From contig JBIKYX010000003.1 in NCBI GenBank assembly GCA_044355035.1, positions 10,851 to 74,850 of the forward strand: 64,000 bases of DNA. The letters run 5' to 3'. Below the pieces are notes generated by a model. That model did not search any database. It worked only from the letters and a program-made list of their open reading frames with translations, and had not been told where the DNA came from. The translations under genes were made by a program, and so were the position numbers. Position 1 is the first letter of the stretch. The number at the start of each line of letters is the position of its first letter. Source of the stretch: Pseudanabaena sp. Lineage in GTDB: Bacteria; Cyanobacteriota; Cyanobacteriia; Pseudanabaenales; Pseudanabaenaceae. Shown in pieces: positions 23,147 to 32,400 of this stretch.

Positions 23147-23689
23147 ATGACAACTCAAATTTTTATCCCTGATTCTCAGGCTACTTTAAGACGAATTATG
23201 CAAAGGCTTATAGGTGAAACTTGTCATCAGGTTGATTTTAGTTATGGGGATGAATTGCAATTAGATTTTGGTAAAATGACAGCTTACGCTCATTCTAAGT
23301 TGGCACATTTATCTAAAGGAAGTTGGCAATTAAGTACGAGAGCGACAGAATGGACTTTAATGCATAACAATAAAGTTTTAATCTCTGAGATTGATAACTA
23401 TAACAAAACAGAAATCGAGCCTACTCTTTGGGATTTAAACAATCCCCAGATTTGGGTTTTGCCGAAAATACAGCAATTACAAGAAAAACAAATCAACAAT
23501 TTTGTCTTTGATGGAAATTCGATGAGCTTGACCTTGTTTTTTGAAGATGATTATCAACTTGCGTTAAAGCCAGATTTACAAGATGATTCTGGACTGTCTT
23601 ATTGGGAATTGATGATGCCTAATGAGCAAATTTTGATAGTTGGGCCTGGATCGTCTTGGCAGTGTAAATCAATTCACGATCCAGTTTAA
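23147..23689 (+). CDS. Hypothetical protein (candidate immunity-like)
   Basis: 180 aa ORF in an AT-rich segment, coupled to the preceding small ORF. Confidence 0.75.
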   Translation: MTTQIFIPDSQATLRRIMQRLIGETCHQVDFSYGDELQLDFGKMTAYAHSKLAHLSKGSWQLSTRATEWTLMHNNKVLISEIDNYNKTEIEPTLWDLNNPQIWVLPKIQQLQEKQINNFVFDGNSMSLTLFFEDDYQLALKPDLQDDSGLSYWELMMPNEQILIVGPGSSWQCKSIHDPV

Positions 23690-23727
23690 ACCCGAATTGA
23701 TTAAATCGTAATTGCCAACAATCAGAA

Positions 23728-24336
23728 TCAAGGAGAAACCTTGGTAGGCAAATTGTCCAAAGCTAAGTTTAACTTCAAGACATTCACACCATCCTCACCA
23801 AAGATACCGAGAAAACGGCGATCGCTATTTTGTTCGATTAGCTTTTCGAGTTGGCTAGTTTCGACTTTGCGGATTTGAGCAATTCTGGCAACTTGCGCTT
23901 TTGCGGATTCAGGCGTGATATGGGGATCAAGACTAGAGCCAGAAGTATAGACCAAATCAGCAGTTGGTGAGATTCCTGATTGTTGGAGTTTCGATATATC
24001 CGCTTTAACTCTCTTCAGCAAGTCAGGATTGCTCGGCGCAAGGTTGCTTGCACCTGAAACACCTGTTTTAAGAATATTCACTGTATCCGCCTTCGGATCG
24101 GCGGTGCTGTAATTGGTAGTGCTGGGGCGGCTGTTGAAATAGCGATCGCTTGTAAAAGGCTGTCCAATTAATGCGGAACCAACGATTTGACCTTGAGCAT
24201 TACGGATGAGGCTCCCATTTGCTTGATTTGAGAGAAAAGGTAACTGCGCGATCGCTAACATTCCCAAAGGATAAATCACAGCTACAAGTACCCAAAGGAC
24301 AATAGTGACGCGAATAGCTTTAATAATTTCATTCAT
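23728..24336 (-). CDS. kdpC: K+-transporting ATPase subunit C
   Basis: Motifs GSALIGQPF, SGASNLAPSN, SGSSLDPHI and VNVLKLNLAL. Confidence 0.96.
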   Translation of the reverse strand: MNEIIKAIRVTIVLWVLVAVIYPLGMLAIAQLPFLSNQANGSLIRNAQGQIVGSALIGQPFTSDRYFNSRPSTTNYSTADPKADTVNILKTGVSGASNLAPSNPDLLKRVKADISKLQQSGISPTADLVYTSGSSLDPHITPESAKAQVARIAQIRKVETSQLEKLIEQNSDRRFLGIFGEDGVNVLKLNLALDNLPTKVSP

Positions 24337-24368
24337 AGATTTTTGATAATTCGTAATTCGCAATTAAT

Positions 24369-24560
24369 TTAAAACTTCTCAGGTTGAAACATCACAGCAA
24401 ACAAGTAGATAGAAAAAGCAAAGGTGACAATCCCTAAAATTCCTAGAGCGTAGGCTTGAAATTTGGTGAAGCTTTCAGCGTTGGCGGCATAGAGTGCAGG
24501 GGCAACAACTAGGTTTAGGCAGAGGGAAAAGAATAGATATAGGGGATATTTCTTTTTCAT
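24369..24560 (-). CDS. Small Kdp subunit (KdpF-like C-terminus; cyanobacterial KdpG type)
   Basis: Two hydrophobic helices ending YLFAVMFQPEKF (KdpF-like PEKF), located between kdpB and kdpC. Confidence 0.8.
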   Translation of the reverse strand: MKKKYPLYLFFSLCLNLVVAPALYAANAESFTKFQAYALGILGIVTFAFSIYLFAVMFQPEKF

Positions 24561-24563
24561 GGT

Positions 24564-26648
24564 TCAAGTTATGGGTAATAAAATATCGATAAACTTAATC
24601 GCAATAAATGGCGCAACCACTCCACCCAAACCATAAAGCAGAATATTACGCTGCAATAGTTGATCGGCGGTGAGAGGGCGGAATTTTACACCTTTTAAAG
24701 CCAAAGGAATCAGCGCTGGAATGATCAGCGCGTTGTAAATTAAAGCCGAAAGAATGGCTGACTGCGGACTTTTTAGACCCATAATATTTAATGCACCGAT
24801 ACCTGATGCAGCAAAGATCGTGGGGATAATTGCAAAGTATTTGGCGATGTCATTAGCGATCGAGAAAGTGGTTAACGCGCCGCGAGTGATTAGCAATTGT
24901 TTTCCGATCGCCACTAAATCAATTAACTTAGTCGGATCGCTATCCAAATCCACCATATTCGCGGCTTCTTTAGCAGCCTGAGTACCTGAATTCATAGCAA
25001 CACCGACATTTGCTTGAGCTAATGCAGGAGCATCATTAGTTCCATCGCCTGTCATTGCTACCAATTTACCTTGAGACTGTTCGCGGCGAATTACTTCGAT
25101 TTTGTCTTCGGGAGTAGCCTCCGCAATAAAATCATCGACACCTGCTTCTTTAGCTATGACAGAAGCCGTAATCTGGTTGTCACCCGTGAGCATGATCGTG
25201 CGGACACCCATGCGCCTTAGCTGATCAAATCTCTCTCTCAGTCCAGATTTCACAATATCTTTGAGATAGATAACACCATAGAGATCGCCGCCCTGACATA
25301 TTCCTAAAGGTGTGCCGCCAAGCTTGGAGACTTTCTCATAGGCAACTTCAAATTCTTCGGGAACTTCACCCGATCGCGATCGCACAAATCCACGAATCGC
25401 ATCCACAGCACCTTTGCGAACTTCGACATTTTCGGGTAAATCCGTGCCACTCATGCGCGTGCGTGCCGAGAAGTCAATGCCTTTAGCTTGAGTGCGATCA
25501 AATTTGACAACGGCTCCTGACTGCTCGGCTAACTGCACAATGGAACGACCTTCGGGAGTTTCATCAAAAATGCTTGCCGCCAGCGCAACCGTAGCAACTT
25601 CGGCAAGGGTATGTCCATTTACAGGGATAAACTCATCGGCTAAACGATTGCCTAGCGTAATTGTGCCAGTTTTATCTAACACTAGAGTATTGATATCACC
25701 GCAAGCTTCAACGGCGCGTCCAGAAGTGGCGATCACATTAAACTGGGCGACTCGATCCATGCCTGCAATACCGATCGCACTCAATAAACCACCGATTGTA
25801 GTGGGAATCAGGGCAACTAATAGCGAAATTAAAATCGCGATCGTTGTCGGTGTATTTACATAATTAGCGATCGGCGTAATCGTTGCCACGACGATTAAAA
25901 ATACCTGTGTTAACACCGTTAGCAAAACCGTCAAAGCAATTTCGTTAGGTGTTTTCGTGCGCTCTGCACCTTCAACAAGGGCAATCATGCGATCGATAAA
26001 TCCCTGTCCAGGGTCAGCCGAAATCCTGATTGTCAATTCATCGGAAACGACGCGAGTACCACCTGTGACCGAGCTAGAAATATCTGTCCCTGCTTGCTTG
26101 AGGACGGGAGCCGATTCGCCTGTAATTGCTGATTCATCGACAGAAGCTAAGCCCGCAATTACTTCGCCATCCGCAGGAATCATCTCACCGATCGCCACTT
26201 TTACCAAGTCACCACGGCGTAATTCCGTCGAGCTAGTTGGCTGAATCGTGCCGTCAGGTAGGACTTTACGGGCGATCGTATCTGTCTGTGTAGTTCGCAA
26301 AGAATCGGCTTGGGCCTTACCGCGTCCTTCAGCGATCGCCTCGGCAAAGTTGGCGAATACTACCGTAAAAAAGAGAATTACCGTAATCGAGCCGTTAAGA
26401 ATCCGTTCTTGATTGGGATCACCTTGCACATTTCCAAAGAGATTCGGATCAAAAGTGACAAGTAATGTAATTAGCGTACCGACCCAAACCATAAACATGA
26501 CGGGATTTCGCACCGCAATTTTGGGATTGAGTTTACGGAAGGCATCACGGACAGCCCGTTGATATAGTCCCGCCATTGACGCTTTAGGCGTGTGTCGGCG
26601 GGATTCGCGAGTTCCGCTAGGAACGGGTTTAGTTGAAGAATTATTCAC
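24564..26648 (-). CDS. kdpB: K+-transporting ATPase subunit B
   Basis: P-type motifs DKTGT, TGES and [10 protein letters not shown]; GTGA overlap with the kdpA stop. Confidence 0.97.
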   Translation of the reverse strand: MNNSSTKPVPSGTRESRRHTPKASMAGLYQRAVRDAFRKLNPKIAVRNPVMFMVWVGTLITLLVTFDPNLFGNVQGDPNQERILNGSITVILFFTVVFANFAEAIAEGRGKAQADSLRTTQTDTIARKVLPDGTIQPTSSTELRRGDLVKVAIGEMIPADGEVIAGLASVDESAITGESAPVLKQAGTDISSSVTGGTRVVSDELTIRISADPGQGFIDRMIALVEGAERTKTPNEIALTVLLTVLTQVFLIVVATITPIANYVNTPTTIAILISLLVALIPTTIGGLLSAIGIAGMDRVAQFNVIATSGRAVEACGDINTLVLDKTGTITLGNRLADEFIPVNGHTLAEVATVALAASIFDETPEGRSIVQLAEQSGAVVKFDRTQAKGIDFSARTRMSGTDLPENVEVRKGAVDAIRGFVRSRSGEVPEEFEVAYEKVSKLGGTPLGICQGGDLYGVIYLKDIVKSGLRERFDQLRRMGVRTIMLTGDNQITASVIAKEAGVDDFIAEATPEDKIEVIRREQSQGKLVAMTGDGTNDAPALAQANVGVAMNSGTQAAKEAANMVDLDSDPTKLIDLVAIGKQLLITRGALTTFSIANDIAKYFAIIPTIFAASGIGALNIMGLKSPQSAILSALIYNALIIPALIPLALKGVKFRPLTADQLLQRNILLYGLGGVVAPFIAIKFIDILLPIT

Positions 26649-28342
26649 ATTCCACCTCTAGCAATGAGAAAAGCTTCGGCAATAGAACCAAGAGCCAATA
26701 CAGGAAAGAAAGTCAATGCACCCATAATCAAAATCACACCTGCGGTAACGCTCGTAAAAAGAACAGTATCAGTACGCAATGTTCCTGTAGTCATGGCAAC
26801 GGGTTGCTTCCGTGATATGCCATCAGCTAACAGCAATAGGGCAATTAAAGGAATAAAACGACCGCCCAGCAAACTAACGGAAGTACTCAGATTCCACCAG
26901 AGGGTATTATCCGCTAATCCTTCCAAACCAGAGCCATTATTGGCTGCTGCCGAAGCATATTCATAAACCACTTGCGACAAGCCATGAAATCCTGAATTGC
27001 TAATTCCTGCTAATTGATCGGGAAATGCTAAGGCGATCGCACTGGGAATGAGAATAAAAATGGGATGGATTAACAAAATCAAAAAACTAGTTAAAACCAC
27101 TTCATTCTTTTCAATCTTACGCCCCAAAAATTCAGGAGTTCGCCCAACCATTAAGCCAGTGACAAATACTGCCAAAATCGAATAGGCGAACAAATAAGCA
27201 GTTCCCGTTCCCTGTCCACCCCAGATGATTTGCAAAAAGAGATTAGACAGAGTAATAAAACCGCCGCTTGGCATCAGGGAATCATGCATCGAATTAACTG
27301 CGCCCGTCATCGTGCCTGTGGTCGTCACCGCAAACAGAGCCGATTGCGCCCAACCAAAGCGGACTTCTTTACCTTCTAAATTGGGGCTTTGGGAACCGAG
27401 CAAAGACTTCACAAGGGGATTGCCATGATATTCTCCAATTCCTGCAACGATAATGAAAGTAACATAGAGAATGAACACCATTCCAAACATTAACCAAGCT
27501 TGTTTGCGATTATTGGCAAAGATTCCATAGCTATGAATTAGCGCTGTGGGGATGGAAATCATCGTCAAAGTTTGAAGCAAATTCGTGAAGCCATTGGGAT
27601 TCTCAAAGGGATGGGCGGAATTAGCACCAAAAAAACCGCCGCCATTTTCGCCAAGTTGCTTGATAATCTCAAAATGTGCGACTGGTCCGATCGCGATCGC
27701 CTGACTAATATTCGGATTTTCTAAGGTTGGCACAATTACAGGTGTGGATAAGGTTTCAGGAACACCTGCGATGATCAAGGCGATCGCGCCAATGACACTA
27801 ATCGGCAACAAAATTCGAGTAATTGATTTTGTCAGATCGACATAAAAATTACCTAGAGATCTACCCGTTAAACCACGAATAAAGGCAATCCCGACCGCTA
27901 AACCTGTAGCTGCGGAGGTGAAAAATAGAAGTCCTAAACCTAGCATCTGGGTAAAGTAGCTAAGGGTAGTTTCACCAGAATAATGTTGTTGATTGGTATT
28001 GGTAATAAAGGAAATCGTCGTATGCAAAGCGAGATCCCAACTAGGAGCGCTCAAGCCTGTCGGATTTAGTGGTAAAGCTCCCTGAAACATGAGCATCAGG
28101 AATAGCATGATTGCCATTACCAAATTGCTATACAAAATCGCACGGGCATATTGCCAACCTGTCATTTGCGTTTGAGAATTAACTCCACTAAGAGTAAATA
28201 TCAAACTCTCCAGTGGGTTCAAAACTCTATCTAGTAAAGTCTTTTGTCCTAAGAACACTCGTGCGATATAGCCCCCAAAGATCGGGGCGATCGCCACAAT
28301 CAGCACTAGTGTAATTCCAATCTGTATCCATCCTTGTAGCAT
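26645..28342 (-). CDS. kdpA: K+-transporting ATPase subunit A
   Basis: Motifs [23 protein letters not shown] and SAAANNGSG. Confidence 0.97.
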   Translation of the reverse strand: MLQGWIQIGITLVLIVAIAPIFGGYIARVFLGQKTLLDRVLNPLESLIFTLSGVNSQTQMTGWQYARAILYSNLVMAIMLFLMLMFQGALPLNPTGLSAPSWDLALHTTISFITNTNQQHYSGETTLSYFTQMLGLGLLFFTSAATGLAVGIAFIRGLTGRSLGNFYVDLTKSITRILLPISVIGAIALIIAGVPETLSTPVIVPTLENPNISQAIAIGPVAHFEIIKQLGENGGGFFGANSAHPFENPNGFTNLLQTLTMISIPTALIHSYGIFANNRKQAWLMFGMVFILYVTFIIVAGIGEYHGNPLVKSLLGSQSPNLEGKEVRFGWAQSALFAVTTTGTMTGAVNSMHDSLMPSGGFITLSNLFLQIIWGGQGTGTAYLFAYSILAVFVTGLMVGRTPEFLGRKIEKNEVVLTSFLILLIHPIFILIPSAIALAFPDQLAGISNSGFHGLSQVVYEYASAAANNGSGLEGLADNTLWWNLSTSVSLLGGRFIPLIALLLLADGISRKQPVAMTTGTLRTDTVLFTSVTAGVILIMGALTFFPVLALGSIAEAFLIARGGM

Positions 28343-28499
28343 GGAAATTTCTGCTTCCTTTTGAGTCGATGAAGTATCAAGCAATTGCTGTGATAGTCAA
28401 ATCATCAACCTATTTCCCTACTCTGACAAGGTATATCTTTTTGTTTAGAATCCTTGTGCCTAATCAAGCATAGGTTTTAGACACATTCGAGATTGCGCT

Positions 28500-28528
28500 G
28501 TTTAGATAGCGTTTAGATGATGTTTAGT
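28500..28528 (-). promoter_or_regulatory. Three 7-bp direct repeats at 11-bp period upstream of kdpA
   Basis: GTTTAGA at 28500 and 28511, GTTTAGT at 28522. Confidence 0.45.
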
Positions 28529-28530
28529 TA

Positions 28531-28571
28531 GCGATCGCCTCCTTATCTCATGGTTAAGTGCATAGGCGATC
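28531..28571. repeat. HIP1-capped 43-bp element, copy 1 (right end lacks the last 2 nt)
   Basis: GCGATCGCCTCCTTATCTCATGGTTAAGTGCATAGGCGATC. Confidence 0.9.
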
Positions 28572-28645
28572 AAAGATATCGAAGTCATTGATGCTGTCAT
28601 GTTATTATAATGTTGATTCTCTGCTTGCAGTTTGGGAGTAATTTT

Positions 28646-28972
28646 ATGACTTTACAAAGTTTAGAACCACAACTACTGTCTTTAAGCCAAAACGAAAAAA
28701 CACGGGCAATTCAGATATTAGCTCAAAGTCTTGGCAATCCTTGGCGGGGCATTCAGAAGACGTTGGGGGTATGTGGTGGTGATGCTTGCATTGGTTTAAC
28801 TCGGATTCCTGTGTGGGTTTTGGTTAACGCTCGTGATATCGGAATTAGTGAATCTCAACTTTTAAAAGATTATCCGACTCTATCGGTAAGTGATTTAGCA
28901 AATGCTTGGTTTTATGCTTCGATGTATCCTGAAGAAATTGCCTTGGCTATTAAGGAGAATGAAGAAGCTTGA
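28646..28972 (+). CDS. DUF433 family antitoxin-like protein, no partner toxin gene
   Basis: Motifs GVCGGDACIGLTRIPVWVL and DLANAWFYA; GGGAG RBS. Confidence 0.88.
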   Translation: MTLQSLEPQLLSLSQNEKTRAIQILAQSLGNPWRGIQKTLGVCGGDACIGLTRIPVWVLVNARDIGISESQLLKDYPTLSVSDLANAWFYASMYPEEIALAIKENEEA

Positions 28973-29031
28973 GGTGACATGAGACAATTTGGTACAATTT
29001 TATGTAAATTCATCCTGTGGCTTAAAACGCT

Positions 29032-29121
29032 ATGACTTTTCAGACACTTCACGAACAAGTACTAACGCTTCCCGAAGATGATCGTTGGGAATTATTTCTC
29101 GATGGATTATGGTCCCTGTGA
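29032..29121 (+). pseudogene. Truncated antitoxin-like N-terminal fragment
   Basis: MTFQTLHEQVLTLPEDDRWELFLDGLWSL* parallels the N-termini of the two neighbouring DUF433 proteins (MTLQSLEPQLLSLS, MTIQEIEHQFLNIS). Confidence 0.4.
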
Positions 29122-29168
29122 CTACGCGCAGAGCCAAATTTGATCTTATCAGTATAAAATAATCCTCT

Positions 29169-29473
29169 ATGGCAAAAGATTTATATCACGATCTTGTTAA
29201 ACGCGCACTGAAAAAAGATGGATGGGAAATAACTCACGATCCATACGAATTGCGTGTAGGTGGTGTAGAAATGTATGTAGATATTGGGGCTGAACAGATT
29301 ATTGGCGCTGATAGAGGGAATGATAAAATAGGGTTTTATATTTGGCTGTACCTCATTTTGTCTATCAAACCTTTTTTAATCTATCCTTCATTAATAGAGT
29401 TATACAGCGAAGTCAATTGAATCTTTTGGTTTATGACTTAGATAAGGAGAGCATTGAACAATGGATAAAGTAG
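29169..29473 (+). pseudogene. xisH-family gene with internal deletion and frameshift
   Basis: The N-terminus (KDLYHDLVKRALKKDGWEITHDP...DKI) joins out of frame near 29330 to a XisH C-terminus (RVLYLAVP...LLVYDLDKESIEQWIK*). Confidence 0.85.
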
Positions 29474-29802
29474 TTATATATAGGCAATATATTCAACAGC
29501 TAATGCAGGCAAGAGCAGATCGTTCTATGCAATCGTCAAAGGACGTTGAGGCTCAGACGATTTTTGATGTGGAGCGTGACCATTATCAACTAGTCTATGT
29601 GGGTTGGAAACGTAATAATATAAGGGATTACGGATGTTTACTACATCTGGATATTAAGGATGGAAAGATTTGGATTCAATATGATGGTACTGAGGGTGGT
29701 ATTGCTTACGAGTTAGTGAAATTAGGTGTACCTAACCAAGATATAGTTTTAGGCTTTCAACCTGCTAAAGTTCGTTCTGCAACTGAGTTTGCTGTGGGTT
29801 AG
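29461..29802 (+). CDS. XisI family protein
   Basis: Motifs DHYQLVYVGW, HLDIKDGKIWIQYDGTE and DIVLGF; start overlaps the xisH end. Confidence 0.92.
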   Translation: MDKVVIYRQYIQQLMQARADRSMQSSKDVEAQTIFDVERDHYQLVYVGWKRNNIRDYGCLLHLDIKDGKIWIQYDGTEGGIAYELVKLGVPNQDIVLGFQPAKVRSATEFAVG

Positions 29803-29931
29803 TAACGTGCCGAAAAGTGTGAAACTATCCTTGTTTGAATATGACTTGAGTAATGGTTTTAATTGGACAGATCGAGAGCAAGAGGCGATCGAGGATATCA
29901 ATTAGTGCATCAGACATTGGTGCGATCGCTC

Positions 29932-30027
29932 CTACCTTGATGGGCGCACAACTCTAATAAGTTTACCTTGCAGAGATTCTTGAATAGCGATTGCTTCATT
30001 AATTCGAGTTGCCATGCGTCGTGCCAT
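29932..30027 (-). pseudogene. DUF5615/PIN-like toxin gene collapsed by in-frame internal deletion
   Basis: ATG 4 nt after the DUF433 stop. Reads MAR-RMATRINEAIAIQESLQGKLIRVVRPSR*, i.e. the first and last residues typical of the DUF433-associated PIN-like partner. Confidence 0.7.
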
Positions 30028-30030
30028 TGG

Positions 30031-30360
30031 TTAGGCTGCCTCGTTATTTGCAAGGATTACTGCGGCAATTTCTTCGGGATAGGCTTCGGCATAAGTCCAT
30101 GCGTTGACGAGATCGGCGGCGGTGATGTGGGGATAGTCTTGTAGTAGTTGAGCTTCGGTGATGCCAAGTTGTTGGGCTTCGACTAGTAACCAAACTGCTA
30201 TTCGGGTTCCTGCAATGCAAGCTTCGCCACCACAAACGCCTGCTGTTTTGGTAATTCCTTTGCCGCTTTTGCTTAGGGTTTTGGTAAGACGTTGAACGAT
30301 CGCTGCTCTGTCGGCGAGTGATATGTTAAGAAATTGATGTTCGATTTCTTGAATGGTCAT
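30031..30360 (-). CDS. DUF433 family antitoxin-like protein
   Basis: Motifs GVCGGEACIAGTRIAVWLL and DLVNAWTYA. Confidence 0.9.
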   Translation of the reverse strand: MTIQEIEHQFLNISLADRAAIVQRLTKTLSKSGKGITKTAGVCGGEACIAGTRIAVWLLVEAQQLGITEAQLLQDYPHITAADLVNAWTYAEAYPEEIAAVILANNEAA

Positions 30361-30410
30361 GATGATTTCAGTTGATTGGAACTGTGTTTATTGTAGCAAT
30401 CTGGTGAAGG

Positions 30411-30453
30411 GCGATCGCCTAGTCATCTCATGGTTAAGTGCATAGGCGATCGC
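30411..30453. repeat. HIP1-capped 43-bp element, copy 2
   Basis: GCGATCGCCTAGTCATCTCATGGTTAAGTGCATAGGCGATCGC, with perfect 10-bp terminal inverted repeats. Confidence 0.92.
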
Positions 30454-30534
30454 TTCTTGCCTACGTCTGTTTAAAATTACGATTCAACGATATGTTAGGA
30501 TAAAAATTGGTTGAATTTAAGGAGTTGAAATGGT

Positions 30535-30810
30535 TTGGAACTAGAGTTTGAGTGGGATGAGCGAAAAGATAAAACAAATCAAATAAAACATGGCGTTTCT
30601 TTTGAAGAGGCTGCTACTGTATTTGACGATCCATTATCTCTAAATTTTGATAATCCTGAGCATTCTAGAGGAGAAGAGCGCTATATTATATTAGGCTTAT
30701 CAAATCAAAGTAGACTTCTGTTTGTATCTCATACGGATCGCAATAATAAGATTCGTTTAATTAGTGCAAGATTGCTTACACCAAAGGAGAGAAGATATTA
30801 TGAGCGATGA
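30535..30810 (+). CDS. BrnT family toxin
   Basis: Motifs FEWDERK, KHGVSFEEAATVFDDP, EERYIILG and IRLISAR; TTG start after AAGGAG. Confidence 0.88.
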   Translation: MELEFEWDERKDKTNQIKHGVSFEEAATVFDDPLSLNFDNPEHSRGEERYIILGLSNQSRLLFVSHTDRNNKIRLISARLLTPKERRYYER

Positions 30811-31072
30811 AATTCAATATGAATTAGAAGATGATTTACGGGAAGAATATGATTTAACTGAGCTTAAAAATCCTGTTCGTGGTAAATATTATCAACAGTA
30901 TCGAAAAGGGCATAGTGTTACTATTCATCATGAGGATGGTACATCTACTGTGGAACATTTCCCTCCACAAGATGATTTAATTGTTCTCGATCCTGATGTC
31001 AAAATATATTTTCCCAATTCAGAATCGGTCAATTCTACTTTAAGAAGTTTAATCAAATTAATTCCTCGTTAG
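30800..31072 (+). CDS. BrnA-like antitoxin
   Basis: Overlaps the BrnT stop; motifs DDLREEYD, VRGKY and LDPDV..YFPNSESVNSTLRSLI. Confidence 0.8.
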   Translation: MSDEIQYELEDDLREEYDLTELKNPVRGKYYQQYRKGHSVTIHHEDGTSTVEHFPPQDDLIVLDPDVKIYFPNSESVNSTLRSLIKLIPR

Positions 31073-31092
31073 AACCTATTCAATGCTTTATT

Positions 31093-31135
31093 AGAATCGC
31101 CTTGTCATCTCATGGCTAAGTACATAGGCGATCAC
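31093..31135. repeat. HIP1-capped 43-bp element, copy 3 (degenerate ends)
   Basis: AGAATCGCCTTGTCATCTCATGGCTAAGTACATAGGCGATCAC. Confidence 0.85.
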
Positions 31136-31299
31136 ACATCTCTGACTAATCTAGCGTCTTAAATGAGCGATCAACGTAAAAATCTCTTGTTGAAAATCTC
31201 TAGACTGCATAGAGCCGTTTTGGATCGGATTGAGCTAAGATTTCTTAGGGGGATCGCAATTTTAATGAAGTTTAAATTATTTTTAGGAATACCAAATTT

Positions 31300-32397
31300 A
31301 TGTTTGACAAAAGTTTTTTAAAGCAACTCGCTAAGGATGCCTTACACGTTAGTAAAGAAGTTGTTAAAGGGGCAGACCACGTTAGCAAGGAAATTAGCAA
31401 AGGGGCTTCATACACATCCGAATTTGTAACGTCAAGCACAATAAAAGCTGGTGAAAAAATAGGTGAAGTAGCATCTCAAGCAGTGGGAGCCGTAACCGAT
31501 AACTTATGGGGCAATGAATCTACAGGTTGGGATCTAACCAAACTCCCAGAAGATCAACGCCTCGCATTTTATGGGGCATTGTTTGCCATAGCCTCTGCCG
31601 ATGGACATTTTGATAAAGACGAAATGGACTTGATTTGTGGAGTTATGGATTTAGATGGAATGTCAGACTACGCTAAAGAGCAAATACAGGAATACATCAT
31701 TGAACCACCCAGTTTATTTCACTGTTTAAAGGTTTTAAGCAGCGCCGATGATTCATTGCGCTATGGAGTAATGATGAATATGGTTGGTACAGCGTGGGCT
31801 GATGACGATCTCGATCCTGAAGAGAGCAAAGCACTGGATCTAGCTCAGGTAGAACTCAATATTTCCGATGAACAGCGTCAAGCGATCAATAACTTTGTCC
31901 AGAAAATGCGAGAGATTCGCGCTCGTGGACTTGACGATAATCAAGCTGCCGACACAATCAAAAAAGCAACCGCAGCTTTATCCGCCGTTGGTGTCCCGAT
32001 CACCGCAGTATATCTCTCAGGATCGGTAATTGGTTTAAGTGCCGCAGGAATTACATCTGGATTAGCAGCGCTTGGCTTAGGATTTGGCATGGTTCCCGGT
32101 ATAGGTGTTGCGATCTTAGTTGGCACGGGGATCTTTATAGGTGCATCCCAAGTTCTAGATATTGGAGGAAAACAAGAAAAAGAGCGACTTATGGCAGAGC
32201 GAGAACGCAAAGCACAATTAGTGATCGCGAATCTGCAAGGTGCGCTTAATAAACTTATCGAGCGAGTTGCCAACTTACAAACAGTCGCGGCGGATGCTGA
32301 AGCTAATAAGGAAGTGATTCGAGTCTTAACTGAAAAAATGCGTTACCTTCAACAACTCGTTGCCAAGCGTAAACAAGCAAGTGCAAAACCTGTATAA
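31300..32397 (+). CDS. TerB-domain protein with glycine-rich hydrophobic segment and C-terminal coiled coil
   Basis: TerB-like hairpins AIASADGHFDKDE and TAWADDDLDPEE; a Gly/Ala-rich hydrophobic stretch; a heptad-like tail. Confidence 0.8.
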   Translation: MFDKSFLKQLAKDALHVSKEVVKGADHVSKEISKGASYTSEFVTSSTIKAGEKIGEVASQAVGAVTDNLWGNESTGWDLTKLPEDQRLAFYGALFAIASADGHFDKDEMDLICGVMDLDGMSDYAKEQIQEYIIEPPSLFHCLKVLSSADDSLRYGVMMNMVGTAWADDDLDPEESKALDLAQVELNISDEQRQAINNFVQKMREIRARGLDDNQAADTIKKATAALSAVGVPITAVYLSGSVIGLSAAGITSGLAALGLGFGMVPGIGVAILVGTGIFIGASQVLDIGGKQEKERLMAERERKAQLVIANLQGALNKLIERVANLQTVAADAEANKEVIRVLTEKMRYLQQLVAKRKQASAKPV

Positions 32398-32400
32398 ACT

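Noticed and set aside
28343-28530. c-di-AMP (ydaO) riboswitch or a kdpF ORF upstream of kdpA
   Set aside because: I could not find the conserved ydaO segments or a credible KdpF-like ORF on the minus strand.
29169-29802. fdxN-type excision element implied by xisH/xisI
   Set aside because: No xisF-like recombinase or interrupted target gene; XisH/XisI pairs are commonly dispersed in cyanobacteria.
28531-31135. 43-bp repeats as a CRISPR array or dif site
   Set aside because: The spacers are 0.6-1.8 kb and contain genes, and no cas genes are present. Resemblance to a XerD arm is too weak to claim.
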